A stretch of 64,000 bases of DNA from a virus. Its lineage: Duplodnaviria > Heunggongvirae > Uroviricota > Caudoviricetes. Below, piece by piece: positions 44,149-53,898 of this stretch. Location: positions 47,269-111,268 of IMG/VR virus record IMGVR_UViG_3300011113_000787, one strand, 5' to 3'. Every line of letters starts with the position of its first letter. Within the stretch, counting starts at the first letter, position 1. The notes under the pieces are model-generated. The model was not told where the DNA came from. It ran no database searches and saw only the letters and a list, made by a program, of their open reading frames with translations. Both the position numbers and the translations under genes were made by a program.

Positions 44149-44162
44149 ATTTCATATTAAAT

Positions 44163-44837
44163 TCATTTTTTCTTTTTCACACAGTTCGGATATCTTTTAC
44201 CAAACATAGTTTTCATGCCCTTTTGAGTGTATCCTTTCCAGCATCTCTCTTTGAGTTCACCCTCGGTCTGTTCCATCTTTTTCTCACCTCCAGGTCTGAT
44301 AACAATTATCTGACCAACATATAGGTTTTGTGGCGTTATTGGAGTTTCATAAAAATCAAACCAACATCTTCTGAAGTCGTACTTACTCACAACTCTCATC
44401 TCTTCTAAGTAAGGGTCTAAGATAAATAAGTTTTCATCATTATACCCTATGACTACTGATGAATGTCCCTCGGGTGGGTCACCACAGAACCAATCGACAA
44501 TCACAGGAACGTTGGCATCAATCAAACGAACAACTTCTTCGATTGTTGAGTTGTTTTTCATATAAACTTTGAAACCTAAAGACTCAGCTGCACAAGCCAT
44601 GTCTTCACTCTTACATCCTAATTCATATGTGTGGTCACAAATTTCAGCAATATCTTTCTCACTCAACATTGTACCATAGTATCCGAAAACCATTCTTAGT
44701 GAAGCAGGTCCGCAAGTTGAATCATCTGATTGTAGAAAATGAGGAACATCCAAAATCTTTGTTGGAGTTTGGTTAGTTTCCTCAATTATCAGAGAAACCA
44801 ATTCGATAAGTTGTGTTTCAGTTAATCTACGTATCAT
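44163..44837 (-). CDS. C39-like papain-fold cysteine peptidase with family N-terminal helix
   Basis: MIRRLTETQLIELVSLIIEE N-terminus; FLQSDDSTCGPASLRMVFGYYG (Q..CG.ASL.M) and GHSSVVIGY...DP blocks as in peptidase C39. Confidence 0.55.
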   Translation of the reverse strand: MIRRLTETQLIELVSLIIEETNQTPTKILDVPHFLQSDDSTCGPASLRMVFGYYGTMLSEKDIAEICDHTYELGCKSEDMACAAESLGFKVYMKNNSTIEEVVRLIDANVPVIVDWFCGDPPEGHSSVVIGYNDENLFILDPYLEEMRVVSKYDFRRCWFDFYETPITPQNLYVGQIIVIRPGGEKKMEQTEGELKERCWKGYTQKGMKTMFGKRYPNCVKKKK

Positions 44838-45400
44838 GCTCTTGAAAATATAAATTCAATGTCTCTTGGGAAACCATCTTTTTGATGAGGACTATCTATA
44901 CCACCCATTCTTATAAAATCTTTGAAGTTTGACCTAAAGACTTCTAAATCGTCGTGAAACTTTTGGTTTTTAACCCAATTGAACCAATCATCAGTCACAG
45001 GTGTTAGTACAACAATCCATTTATCAGATTGAGGCGTTACTTTATTAACTTTGAGTCCTTTGAGACGCTCGAAGTTGTTCATTTTCCTGGTTTTTCTGAA
45101 AACAAAGTCTACAAGTTTTTGGAACTCTTCCTCATACGGTTCCCACTGAGGGTCCTTAATATATTTTGGTTCCCCATCAATCTTATTTTTCAGATAATAT
45201 AATGGGTCGAAATATTCTTTTAAGTCCTCATGAGTTCCACAGTGAGGACATATTGGCTTAGATTTCTTTCCTTTATGTATAGTTTGGGTGTACTTCTTTT
45301 TACAATTTCTACATTTGATAAATTTTGCAGTCTCATCTTTTTCTTCCATGAGTTTTTTCATCAAATCAAGATGTTGTTTTTCAGAAATTAAAATGTTCAT
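44834..45400 (-). CDS. zinc-ribbon protein (188 aa) with family N-terminal helix (MNILISEKQHLDLMKKLMEE)
   Basis: CRNCKKK...CPHCG zinc ribbon. Confidence 0.45.
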   Translation of the reverse strand: MNILISEKQHLDLMKKLMEEKDETAKFIKCRNCKKKYTQTIHKGKKSKPICPHCGTHEDLKEYFDPLYYLKNKIDGEPKYIKDPQWEPYEEEFQKLVDFVFRKTRKMNNFERLKGLKVNKVTPQSDKWIVVLTPVTDDWFNWVKNQKFHDDLEVFRSNFKDFIRMGGIDSPHQKDGFPRDIEFIFSRA

Positions 45401-45449
45401 ATTGATAAATATTCTGAATTACGTAACTTGCATCAAAGTATTTATTGTT

Positions 45450-45722
45450 ATGATATCGAACACAGTTTCATTATTAGAGAAGTTTTTAGAAGAGTATGAA
45501 GTACCAGGTATTTGTGGGTATTGGGTTGATGACGAACCCGATGACCACGATAAGTTTTGGGTGTATATAATCTTGGACTTGGATATGTTAGAGGACCATC
45601 CGACTAAACCTGGCTTTGTTGCGGATAGATATAGGAGAGGAATACAGCAGGAAATAAAAAAATTCTTAGGGATTGATGTTATGGTTGGTAGTACATCAAG
45701 AAGGTGTTCGGAACTTAACTAA
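45450..45722 (+). CDS. hypothetical small protein (90 aa); start reassigned to ATG 45450
   Basis: TATTTATTGTT box immediately upstream; the track's 5' extension has low-complexity hydrophobic codons. Confidence 0.35.
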   Translation: MISNTVSLLEKFLEEYEVPGICGYWVDDEPDDHDKFWVYIILDLDMLEDHPTKPGFVADRYRRGIQQEIKKFLGIDVMVGSTSRRCSELN

Positions 45723-45904
45723 TCCTTTTTTTCTTTAGGTATCAACCTAAATGTACAAGCTCTCTTTCCATTTATTGTTGGCATTCCGTACTCATCAACA
45801 CCAATTGTTTTAACTGTAGTCTTCTTGTTTTTGAATCTACCTGTGTAGATTATGTCCCCCACTTTTAGAGGGACATAAATTCCACTGAATTTCTTTTCAC
45901 TCAT
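45719..45904 (-). CDS. hypothetical small protein (61 aa)
   Basis: Overlaps umuC start (ATGA coupling). Confidence 0.35.
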   Translation of the reverse strand: MSEKKFSGIYVPLKVGDIIYTGRFKNKKTTVKTIGVDEYGMPTINGKRACTFRLIPKEKKD

Positions 45905-47109
45905 ACAAATACTTTTGGTATTTCATCCCACGAAGTTGTATACTTTTGAGACATGAAATCTTGTTTCATTTCCCACTCCTTGGTTTTATTTACAGGCGCC
46001 TGAACAAGTTGTATTGAACTTGAAAATAGTGTTGGTTGTTCGATGTTCTCAGGCATAAGGTCGTTAAAGATTATACCACACTTTTTATAGTTTTTCTTTG
46101 AGTTATACATCTTTCTAAGGTGTGGATATACTTGTGACCATATTTGGTCTATATCACGGGTTTGTGATTCAAATTTAATCTGTTTTGAACTATAATGTTT
46201 CTCACCTTTGTGTACATTACCACTCAGAAAGATTGTTGCCCTGTTTGGTGATATCTCATTATCAATAAGTTTCTTTACACCGTTTTTGATGTATGTGTAC
46301 ATCGCTTCAGCAAGTTGGTCAAAGTCATTCACATCTTTACCAAATGAACGAGTTGATGCCACGTTTTTCTTTAACTTCGGGATTGGTTTTACAGGGTGGC
46401 AGTACATTCCGAGTAGTTCGCATTTGGTTCTCAAACCATTCACATTCATCATTCCTCTAACAATAGAATCAGACATCATAACAAACTGTCCAATACTTTC
46501 TACCCCTTGAAGTTTTAACTTCTTTGTCCACTTTCTTCCTACACCCCAAACTTCATCGACAGGTATTGTATAAAGTGAATCTCTGAAATTTTGTAAACCC
46601 CAATACGAACAAACACCATCATAAGATGGTTGTTGTTTTGCCATGTATGACGTAAGTTTGGCGAGTGTCTTGTTTGGACCAACACCAATTGATACAGGAA
46701 TACCAGTAAGTCTTTTGACTTCGTTTCTGATTAGATGTAATCTGTCTTGAAGTTCTTCGTCAGGTATGTTAGAGAAGTCAACGAAACATTCATCGATTGA
46801 ATACACCTCCACTTCGTTCGCATACTTTTTGATTGTGGTCATAACCCTGTCGGACATATCACCATAAAGATTATAGTTGGAAGAGTATACACAGAATCTA
46901 TGTTCGTCCATGAATTCCTTTTTCATAAAGAATGGTTCCCCCATCTTTATTCCGAGGTCTTTGGCTTCTTGTGAGCGAGCAATAACACAACCGTCGTTAT
47001 TTGATAACACGACAGTTGGCCTTCCTATGGAAATAGGATTAAACACTCTCTCACAACTTACATAGAAATTGTTACAGTCAACAATACCAATCTTCTTATT
47101 GGACTTCAT
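45901..47109 (-). CDS. umuC: Y-family DNA polymerase (UmuC/DinB-like)
   Basis: IGIVDCNNFYVSCERVF (D.D.FY.S.E), SIDECFVD, IPVSIGVGPNKTLAKL blocks of the IMS/UmuC family. Confidence 0.75.
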   Translation of the reverse strand: MKSNKKIGIVDCNNFYVSCERVFNPISIGRPTVVLSNNDGCVIARSQEAKDLGIKMGEPFFMKKEFMDEHRFCVYSSNYNLYGDMSDRVMTTIKKYANEVEVYSIDECFVDFSNIPDEELQDRLHLIRNEVKRLTGIPVSIGVGPNKTLAKLTSYMAKQQPSYDGVCSYWGLQNFRDSLYTIPVDEVWGVGRKWTKKLKLQGVESIGQFVMMSDSIVRGMMNVNGLRTKCELLGMYCHPVKPIPKLKKNVASTRSFGKDVNDFDQLAEAMYTYIKNGVKKLIDNEISPNRATIFLSGNVHKGEKHYSSKQIKFESQTRDIDQIWSQVYPHLRKMYNSKKNYKKCGIIFNDLMPENIEQPTLFSSSIQLVQAPVNKTKEWEMKQDFMSQKYTTSWDEIPKVFV

Positions 47110-47476
47110 CTTTATCTAATTTAGGTTTTCCGTGTGGTTTTGGTTTTCCGTTTTCATCAAGTAATACAAACACAATCTTGTCTATTCTAACAATAGATTG
47201 TTTTGTAATTTTATTCCTAACGTCACACGCTATCGTAATTGAACTCGTACCCACTTTAACCATATCCATCCCGAACTCTATGATATCACCAAGAACTGCG
47301 GTTGATACAAAGTTAATCTCAGACATCGCTTTTGTTACAATGTTCGGACTACCGAGTTGGCAGATTGCAAATATCGCAGCCTCTTCATCAATCCATTTTA
47401 GGACCTGTCCTCCAAACAAAGTTCTTCTTGGATTTAGGTCACCTGGCTTTACCAATTTTCTTGTTCTATATTTCAT
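47096..47476 (-). CDS. hotdog-fold acyl-CoA thioesterase-like protein
   Basis: LVKPGDLNPRRTLFGGQVLKWIDEEAAIFA resembles the 4HBT/YciA thioesterase N-terminal block; inserted between umuD-like and umuC. Confidence 0.45.
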   Translation of the reverse strand: MKYRTRKLVKPGDLNPRRTLFGGQVLKWIDEEAAIFAICQLGSPNIVTKAMSEINFVSTAVLGDIIEFGMDMVKVGTSSITIACDVRNKITKQSIVRIDKIVFVLLDENGKPKPHGKPKLDKDEVQ

Positions 47477-47790
47477 ACCTTATTCAATATCCACGAAACT
47501 CTCCCCCATAAATTGGTTTGACCTTCGTACTTTCTTATTTTAAAATGATTAGTTTCGGTTAACACTACAAGGTCACCTTCGACAGGGTCAATAGAACGGT
47601 CTATAACGAGGATATTTCCCGTCTTGACTCCAAGAGTACTTGGACCCATATAACGGAAATAAAACGTCGTATAAGTGTTCTGAATGATTAATTCGTTGAG
47701 GTCTAACCTCTTGTCCACGTACGATTCGGCAGGAGATGCGAATCCTGTGGTTCTTGATTTAATATTTAATTCCTTTGTAGTAGTTTCCAC
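47473..47790 (-). CDS. umuD: UmuD-like (LexA/S24 peptidase family) protein
   Basis: GFASPAESYVDKRLDLNELIIQ closely parallels UmuD GFPSPAADYVEQRIDLNQLLIQ; Ser and Lys of the dyad present (GPST ... FKIRKY). Confidence 0.6.
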   Translation of the reverse strand: METTTKELNIKSRTTGFASPAESYVDKRLDLNELIIQNTYTTFYFRYMGPSTLGVKTGNILVIDRSIDPVEGDLVVLTETNHFKIRKYEGQTNLWGRVSWILNKV

Positions 47791-47831
47791 ACTACAAAAA
47801 TAAGAAAATATTTCCTATCTTCAAATGTATT

Positions 47832-48446
47832 TTAGATTTCCCCGATTAAAACTTTGGGTTTCATTCCCATTGCACTTGCAGTACAGAGTCTCGTGTTACC
47901 AGCAACAAGGTGATACCTATCACCAAATTTGAGAATTAGTGGTCTTTTGTAATCACCACTTTCTAAGGCTTTTTTCAACACTAATGGGTTTTCTTTGTTG
48001 TATTTCTTGGCAATTGCAATGACCTTTTTCATTTCCCCTTTCTTAACTTTATTTGCTTCAGTGTTTTCTAATTTTTCCAACACTTTGGTTGGTAGTGTAA
48101 CTTCGCTAGCATCATCAAATGCATTATAAACATCCTCTACAGAAACATCTATTCCTTCTTCTCTGTTAAGATATTGAACAACTCTTTCAATCTCTTCCAT
48201 CTCGGCTTTGAGATATCTTTTTCTCCTGTTTATAAAAAACTCAACTTCATTTTTTATTTGTTGGAACTCGGAATAATCTGCATCTAAAAGGTATTCTTTG
48301 AGACTTTTCATGGAACCAAAATTCAGATGTGCAAGTACTTCGGGGTAGTGCGTCACAAGGTCATATAACTCTTGAAATCCGCTTGAATCGGGGGACAACT
48401 CGTTAATTAATTTTTTAATTCTTGTTATTTGTTCGTTAATTCTCAT
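47832..48446 (-). CDS. ParB/Srx-like nuclease-domain protein (204 aa)
   Basis: C-terminus PLILKFGDRYHLVAGNTRLCTA resembles ParB N-terminal domain core; tentative. Confidence 0.35.
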   Translation of the reverse strand: MRINEQITRIKKLINELSPDSSGFQELYDLVTHYPEVLAHLNFGSMKSLKEYLLDADYSEFQQIKNEVEFFINRRKRYLKAEMEEIERVVQYLNREEGIDVSVEDVYNAFDDASEVTLPTKVLEKLENTEANKVKKGEMKKVIAIAKKYNKENPLVLKKALESGDYKRPLILKFGDRYHLVAGNTRLCTASAMGMKPKVLIGEI

Positions 48447-48844
48447 TCGCCAAATAGTTTTTTTTCAAATTGAGGATATTTTTTCTGAAACTTTTTCAAG
48501 AATATCGATGATAAAACACTTGCCATGTTCTCCTCAGGTCCCCCGATATCTTGAATTGGTTCCTCATCTGAAACCCCCATCTTTTGAACTTGGTATTCGT
48601 GTACCCATTCATGAGACAGAGTCCTCAATACGTCTATCAACATTCTATCACCTGATAGTATGAAAATTTCATGATGAGGCATTCTAACACCCGTAGTCAT
48701 TGGTCTGTTTCTTTCTGATACAAAATTGATGTGAACGTCATCAGACAATTTCAATTCGTTTTGTAACATTTCACAGAATTTTTTGATTACAGAAATGTTA
48801 TCTTGTAAATTATTTTTTTGAATGTTTTTTAAACAAACTCTCAT
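48443..48844 (-). CDS. hypothetical protein (133 aa)
   Basis: TATTTATTAAC box upstream of ATG; HEWVHEY motif. Confidence 0.4.
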   Translation of the reverse strand: MRVCLKNIQKNNLQDNISVIKKFCEMLQNELKLSDDVHINFVSERNRPMTTGVRMPHHEIFILSGDRMLIDVLRTLSHEWVHEYQVQKMGVSDEEPIQDIGGPEENMASVLSSIFLKKFQKKYPQFEKKLFGE

Positions 48845-49041
48845 GTTAATAAATATACATGAAAGAGGAAGGTCAGAGAAAAGTCAGAAAATAATAAACT
48901 AAATGAGTTTTGATAAAAAGAATTTCTGAAGTTTGAAACAGTTGAGTTTTGAATTTTGAAATTCATATCATTATCTGCAGAAGCATTTTCTAGGTGCTAA
49001 TATTGTTTGTCTATTAATTCCTTCTTAACCCGACCCTCCAA

Positions 49042-49479
49042 TTAGATATGAGTTGTAGCGTTGTGAACGTCTAACTCATCTTGAATTTTTTCTACAAGTT
49101 CCTCTAACTTACTAATCATCGCATCTTTCTCAACCACAGAAATTACTGAAGTTTTTTCAACTGATGCGCTTTCAGAGAAACGATATTTGTCTTTAGTTTT
49201 ACCCTCAGAACAATCTAACTCTTTCAACTTTGAAATCTGAGATTTCAATTCCGACATCTCAAAAATCTTACTGTAAACAGCTGCGTTAGCAGTGTGTATT
49301 TTTGTTTTCAAATCTACTAATTCACGGGTGAGTTTGAAGTACTCATCCAATAAATCTTCAACATTATATGGTCTAACTTGACCTTCTTCAACAGAATTAT
49401 ATAACGCAACTTTGGCGTAGGCTTCGTTGATTTTCTTTGTTAACTTGTTTTTGTACTTAAGTGCTTGCTTGATAGTCAT
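49042..49479 (-). CDS. coiled-coil hypothetical protein (145 aa)
   Basis: ORF, heptad-like pattern. Confidence 0.4.
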   Translation of the reverse strand: MTIKQALKYKNKLTKKINEAYAKVALYNSVEEGQVRPYNVEDLLDEYFKLTRELVDLKTKIHTANAAVYSKIFEMSELKSQISKLKELDCSEGKTKDKYRFSESASVEKTSVISVVEKDAMISKLEELVEKIQDELDVHNATTHI

Positions 49480-49510
49480 AAAATAAAAATTGTTTTGAAA
49501 GTGTAATAAA

Positions 49511-50626
49511 TTAATTCTCTAAGTCAAGTTGCTTAACCAAATTAAGTGCTTGAGCAATAATTTGATGCATATCATAATAAACATATGTTGCAAGTCTTCC
49601 ACCAAAATAATAGTTTGGTAAACTCTCGGTCATTTTTTTGTATTGTTCGTACACCTCAGTATTTTTATCATCTCTGATTGGATAGTAAGGTTCGTTATTT
49701 CCGTTGTAATCAACAGGATATTCGTGACTTATGATTGTACCTTTTTGGCCTTGATGGTCGAACCATTTGTGTTCTAAAATTCTTGTGAACTTAGTTTCAC
49801 GGTCTGTGTAATTTACTACTGGTACTCCTTGGAAGTTGTCGATGGGTAAAACTTGAGTTTCCCAATCCAAACTTCTGTATTCTAATTGACCGTGTTCGTA
49901 GTTAAAAAATTTATCAATTGGTCCCGTGTAAATTACTTTGTTAGCCAAACCATCGAAATACTTTTTATTATCGAAGTAATCCACACCAAGTTCCACATCA
50001 GAACTCTCTAACATTTTTTCGAATATTTGAGTATAACCTCCAATCGGCATACCTGTGTACTTGTCGTTGAAATAATTACTATCCCAAGTAAACCTCACAG
50101 GTAGTCTTTTAATTATTGATGGTGGAAGTTCTTCACAGGTTTTGTTCCATTGTTTTTCAGTATAACCCTTAATCAACCTTTCATAAATCTCTTCTCCGAC
50201 CATAGACTTAGCTTGCTCTTCGAGATTAGAGATTTTTCCTTTATACTTAACCTTTTCAAGTTTTTCTTTTGCTTGTTCAGGTTCATTAACATCCCATAGT
50301 TGATTGAAGGTCCACATGTTGAAGGGTAAGGTATACATATCTCCCTTATAATTTGCAATAACATTGTGTGTATATTGCTTAAATTCAGCGAACTGATTCA
50401 CATAATCCCATATGTTCTTGTCGTTGGTATGAAAAATGTGAGCACCATATCTATGTACGTGTATACCGTTAACATTTTCTGTATAACAATTACCACCAAT
50501 CACTTTTCTTTTATCTATTACAAGACATTTAAATCCTTTCTTGGTTAACTCGTAAGCACAAACCGAACCGAAAGGACCTGCCCCTACAATAAGATAATCA
50601 TACTTTGGTTTTTCTAATAATATCAT
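49511..50626 (-). CDS. glf: UDP-galactopyranose mutase
   Basis: YDYLIVGAGPFGSV FAD-binding Rossmann motif; HRYGAHIFHT and overall length match Glf. Confidence 0.8.
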   Translation of the reverse strand: MILLEKPKYDYLIVGAGPFGSVCAYELTKKGFKCLVIDKRKVIGGNCYTENVNGIHVHRYGAHIFHTNDKNIWDYVNQFAEFKQYTHNVIANYKGDMYTLPFNMWTFNQLWDVNEPEQAKEKLEKVKYKGKISNLEEQAKSMVGEEIYERLIKGYTEKQWNKTCEELPPSIIKRLPVRFTWDSNYFNDKYTGMPIGGYTQIFEKMLESSDVELGVDYFDNKKYFDGLANKVIYTGPIDKFFNYEHGQLEYRSLDWETQVLPIDNFQGVPVVNYTDRETKFTRILEHKWFDHQGQKGTIISHEYPVDYNGNNEPYYPIRDDKNTEVYEQYKKMTESLPNYYFGGRLATYVYYDMHQIIAQALNLVKQLDLEN

Positions 50627-51777
50627 TTGAAATCAAATGTAAAACTTTCACTATCGATGAAGTGTTCCCCCATCTTATTGGTTATCTTTTCTCTAAATTC
50701 GTTTAAGAAATTGCTCGTGTTGAGATAACATCTATCTTCAATTAAGAAAGCTAAATCAGGGAAAGGATTTGTTCTCTCAGGTTTAGCCATCAAATCGATA
50801 GTTTCCAAAACCTTATCAAACATTCCAAGACGTTCATAATAAAAAGCCAAATACATAAAATGTTCATTTCTTCTTAATGAGAACTGTCCTGCTAACATGT
50901 AAGTTTCCTCAGCCTTTTGATGGTCACCAATAAACTCATAAGCCCATCCCATTACAATCAGTCCGAAATAAGCCATTTCGTCGCTATACTTAGCAGTCTT
51001 GGACTCATTCCACTTATGTGTAAGTTCTAAGAATCTTTCGTAATACCAAATAGACCTTCTTGCATATTCTTCTGAGTGTTTTCTACCAAAAGGTAATTCA
51101 CTTGAATTACCGTAGCAGTCCGCATAACTTTTAGCAATATACCAAAGGTGGTAATAATCTTCATTAACTTTGTCTCCAACGACTTTATCAATTTCAAGTT
51201 CCAAAGCATCTCTAAGAAACTTTCTTGGTGCTAACCATGTGTTACCATCTTGAGAAACCAAATGTCTAAACCCATAAGGCATTGAAAGTCTCTGAAACTC
51301 TTCTCCAACTTCAGGAAGATGGATTGTTTCGTGTCTTTTATCGTGAGCGAAATAGAATGGTAATTTAGCATTCCAAAACCAACATCTGAAATATCTCATC
51401 CCACCTGTGTCTGCAGTAATGTTATAACTCTGAACTGATGTGTCGTTTAAAATTGACCAATCAAAGTCTTCATCTACCTGAAGTCTTTCATCGGCATCCA
51501 TTCTGAGTATCCAATCACAACCATGGTCCGCCTGTAAACACTTTTGGAGTGTGTGGTCACGGTTCCAACCTGGGAAATTCCACTCAACCTGATAGGTGAA
51601 TCCAGGTATGTTCTTTTCCTTAAAGAAGTTATCAATCTTTTGTTGAGTATCGTCATTTCCGTTACATTGAATAACATAGTAGTCAACATAAGGTGCAACA
51701 GATTCTAACATTCTTGTAATGGTGGCAGATTCGTTACCGACCATTGAGTTTACACAAATTTTTGTAGTTTTATTCAT
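50623..51777 (-). CDS. glycosyltransferase (GT2-like N-terminal domain) with TPR-like C-terminal region
   Basis: ICVNSMVGNESATITRMLESV...RMDADERL (DxD) ; overlaps glf start by 4 nt. Confidence 0.5.
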   Translation of the reverse strand: MNKTTKICVNSMVGNESATITRMLESVAPYVDYYVIQCNGNDDTQQKIDNFFKEKNIPGFTYQVEWNFPGWNRDHTLQKCLQADHGCDWILRMDADERLQVDEDFDWSILNDTSVQSYNITADTGGMRYFRCWFWNAKLPFYFAHDKRHETIHLPEVGEEFQRLSMPYGFRHLVSQDGNTWLAPRKFLRDALELEIDKVVGDKVNEDYYHLWYIAKSYADCYGNSSELPFGRKHSEEYARRSIWYYERFLELTHKWNESKTAKYSDEMAYFGLIVMGWAYEFIGDHQKAEETYMLAGQFSLRRNEHFMYLAFYYERLGMFDKVLETIDLMAKPERTNPFPDLAFLIEDRCYLNTSNFLNEFREKITNKMGEHFIDSESFTFDFK

Positions 51778-53017
51778 AAATGTAATTCATTACTCCCTCT
51801 TCTTCGAAGAATTTCTTTACGGGAGTGTGTTTTTGAAATTTATGGGAATGTCCCAACTCTTCGTCCCAATACCAATCATCATATCCGAGTTCTTTAATTC
51901 TTTCATGGATTCTTGTATCGTAATGGTCTCTTATTAATCTAGCTCTTCTGTTGATATCAATTGCGTTGTTATCAACTGTACTATTTCTGTTGTTGTATTG
52001 TAAGTATAACATTTTTTTCACATGAATAAATCTTGTATGAAGAAATGACCTTACAATAATTTCAAAATCATCAGCCACAGGAGTGGACTTATTATGACCA
52101 CCGATATCGTGGTAGAAGTTTCTTTCCCACATCCTTATGTGATTTGGCATTGATATGTTAAATCTGATGGTAAGAGGGTTGATATCAGGGTACCAATGTG
52201 CTAAGTACCTTTTACCATCCGCAACCACCCAACTATGTCCAGCATAACCAAAATCAAAGTAGTTATCGGGTCTTGCATACCAATTACCACTCCAATCGTG
52301 GTCGTAAGATTTCATTTCACCATCTTCATAAACCTCACAACTGTCGGTATATAAAAACTTACCATCAGGGTATTTCTGAATCGCACTCAAACATGTTTCC
52401 AAACAGTTTGAAATCAAAGCGTCGTCATGGTCTAATTCACAAACCCAATCTCCATCACAAAGCATTGCTGCTCTATGTTTAGACAAACCCACATTACCAC
52501 CAGTAAGAGGGTAAATTTTATGTATTTTTACTCTAAAGTCTTGGTTTGAAATTAGTTGGAGTTTTTTCCAAGTATCATCATCAGGGGAGTCATCAACAAC
52601 TACCCATTCCCAATCTCTAAAGGTCTGATTTTTGAGACTTTCATACGTTCTGAATATTCTATCACCCGTTTTATATGTTGGAGTGAATATGGAGAACTTA
52701 GGACGACGGTATTTACAATTTCTAAAAACCGATTGGCATACAATTATGTTAGCCAAAACGTTATCCCCCAAAACCTCGTCAAGGTGAACGTGAATATCGT
52801 GTAATTTTGAATCATTAATTTCTATAGGTTCAACGATAGAAACAATTAAATCGGGTTCATATTTCGAATAGTCTGAGAATACATCGTCAGTATAGGGTAA
52901 TGATATAAGTTGAACCTCATCTTCCAAACCTTCCTCAAAATAAACATCCGACTGTAAAATGTGGTGACCTTGAAAATGCCATCCATAAACTATTGCACTA
53001 GGTTTCTTTGTCTTCAT
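51770..53017 (-). CDS. family 2 glycosyltransferase
   Basis: FSIFTPTYKTGDRIFRTYESLKNQTFRDWEWVVVDDSPDD and ELDHDD (DxD). Confidence 0.55.
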   Translation of the reverse strand: MKTKKPSAIVYGWHFQGHHILQSDVYFEEGLEDEVQLISLPYTDDVFSDYSKYEPDLIVSIVEPIEINDSKLHDIHVHLDEVLGDNVLANIIVCQSVFRNCKYRRPKFSIFTPTYKTGDRIFRTYESLKNQTFRDWEWVVVDDSPDDDTWKKLQLISNQDFRVKIHKIYPLTGGNVGLSKHRAAMLCDGDWVCELDHDDALISNCLETCLSAIQKYPDGKFLYTDSCEVYEDGEMKSYDHDWSGNWYARPDNYFDFGYAGHSWVVADGKRYLAHWYPDINPLTIRFNISMPNHIRMWERNFYHDIGGHNKSTPVADDFEIIVRSFLHTRFIHVKKMLYLQYNNRNSTVDNNAIDINRRARLIRDHYDTRIHERIKELGYDDWYWDEELGHSHKFQKHTPVKKFFEEEGVMNYIYE

Positions 53018-53318
53018 CGGTTAAGTGAACTTTTTTATTTGATGGTCTATGTTTTTTATTTTTTAGTTTTTTGAAATTATGTTCCAAGGTTTTTGCTTGT
53101 GACTCTTCCAACTCCGCATCTATTTTATAGATTCTTCCATCACTCCCGTCTAAATCTAATCTTACTCCATTAGTTGTAAAGATGGAAACAGATTGATATC
53201 TACATAAATTCTTGGTATCCCACACAGTTGTATAATGAAGTTCTGAAACTTCACCTTTATTTACACCACTGTGTTTTGTGAATTGAATAAACTTGTCTCC
53301 TTTTTTAAACATCTCCAT
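52998..53318 (-). CDS. hypothetical protein (106 aa)
   Basis: ORF coupled to GT genes. Confidence 0.35.
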   Translation of the reverse strand: MEMFKKGDKFIQFTKHSGVNKGEVSELHYTTVWDTKNLCRYQSVSIFTTNGVRLDLDGSDGRIYKIDAELEESQAKTLEHNFKKLKNKKHRPSNKKVHLTDEDKET

Positions 53319-53637
53319 CTGAATCCCATTCTGTTAATACAAATTCTAATCTTAATCCTTCAATATGTCCATACCTGTTAATCCAAGCATTACCTTTGAG
53401 ACCACCACTTGAACTGAAGTAGGTCGCCTTTGAACACTTTTGTTCTTTAGCGAGTTCAATCGCAGCTTTAAGTCTACTCCTTGCAGCATCTTTCAATCTT
53501 TCAATTGAAGGTGTTTGTTCTTGGAATCCCCAGGTCCATCCGAGTGCAATCATGGTGAGTTCACATTTTCCGAAATCAAAATTTTCAATGATTTCTTCAA
53601 TCATTTTGTTTTCTTGTTCTAATACTCTATTTGCCAT
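53305..53637 (-). CDS. hypothetical protein (110 aa)
   Basis: N-terminus MANRVLEQENKMIEEII family-like. Confidence 0.4.
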   Translation of the reverse strand: MANRVLEQENKMIEEIIENFDFGKCELTMIALGWTWGFQEQTPSIERLKDAARSRLKAAIELAKEQKCSKATYFSSSGGLKGNAWINRYGHIEGLRLEFVLTEWDSDGDV

Positions 53638-53646
53638 ATGTTAAAG

Positions 53647-53672
53647 ATAAAAAAAATCCCACAAAGTGGGAT
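53647..53672 (-). terminator. rho-independent terminator (minus strand)
   Basis: A8 + ATCCCAC aaa GTGGGAT. Confidence 0.55.
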
Positions 53673-53678
53673 TTAAGA

Positions 53679-53894
53679 TTAACCATTCATTTCAGATAAG
53701 AACTCATGAATCACTTCTTGAGCTTCATCTTCAGAACCCCCTTCATCATCCCACATTATCTCGGATGCGTCAGCGGCCCAGTCATACCATTCGTCCCATA
53801 TAGCAACGATGGTGAATTTTCTTCCGTCTGAGGTTTCGCCAGGAAACCATACGGTTTTGGAGGTTGTTTTTGGTGATTCGTAGTCGATGAACAT
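53679..53894 (-). CDS. acidic small protein (71 aa)
   Basis: ORF; acidic C-terminus. Confidence 0.35.
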   Translation of the reverse strand: MFIDYESPKTTSKTVWFPGETSDGRKFTIVAIWDEWYDWAADASEIMWDDEGGSEDEAQEVIHEFLSEMNG

Positions 53895-53898
53895 AGAA

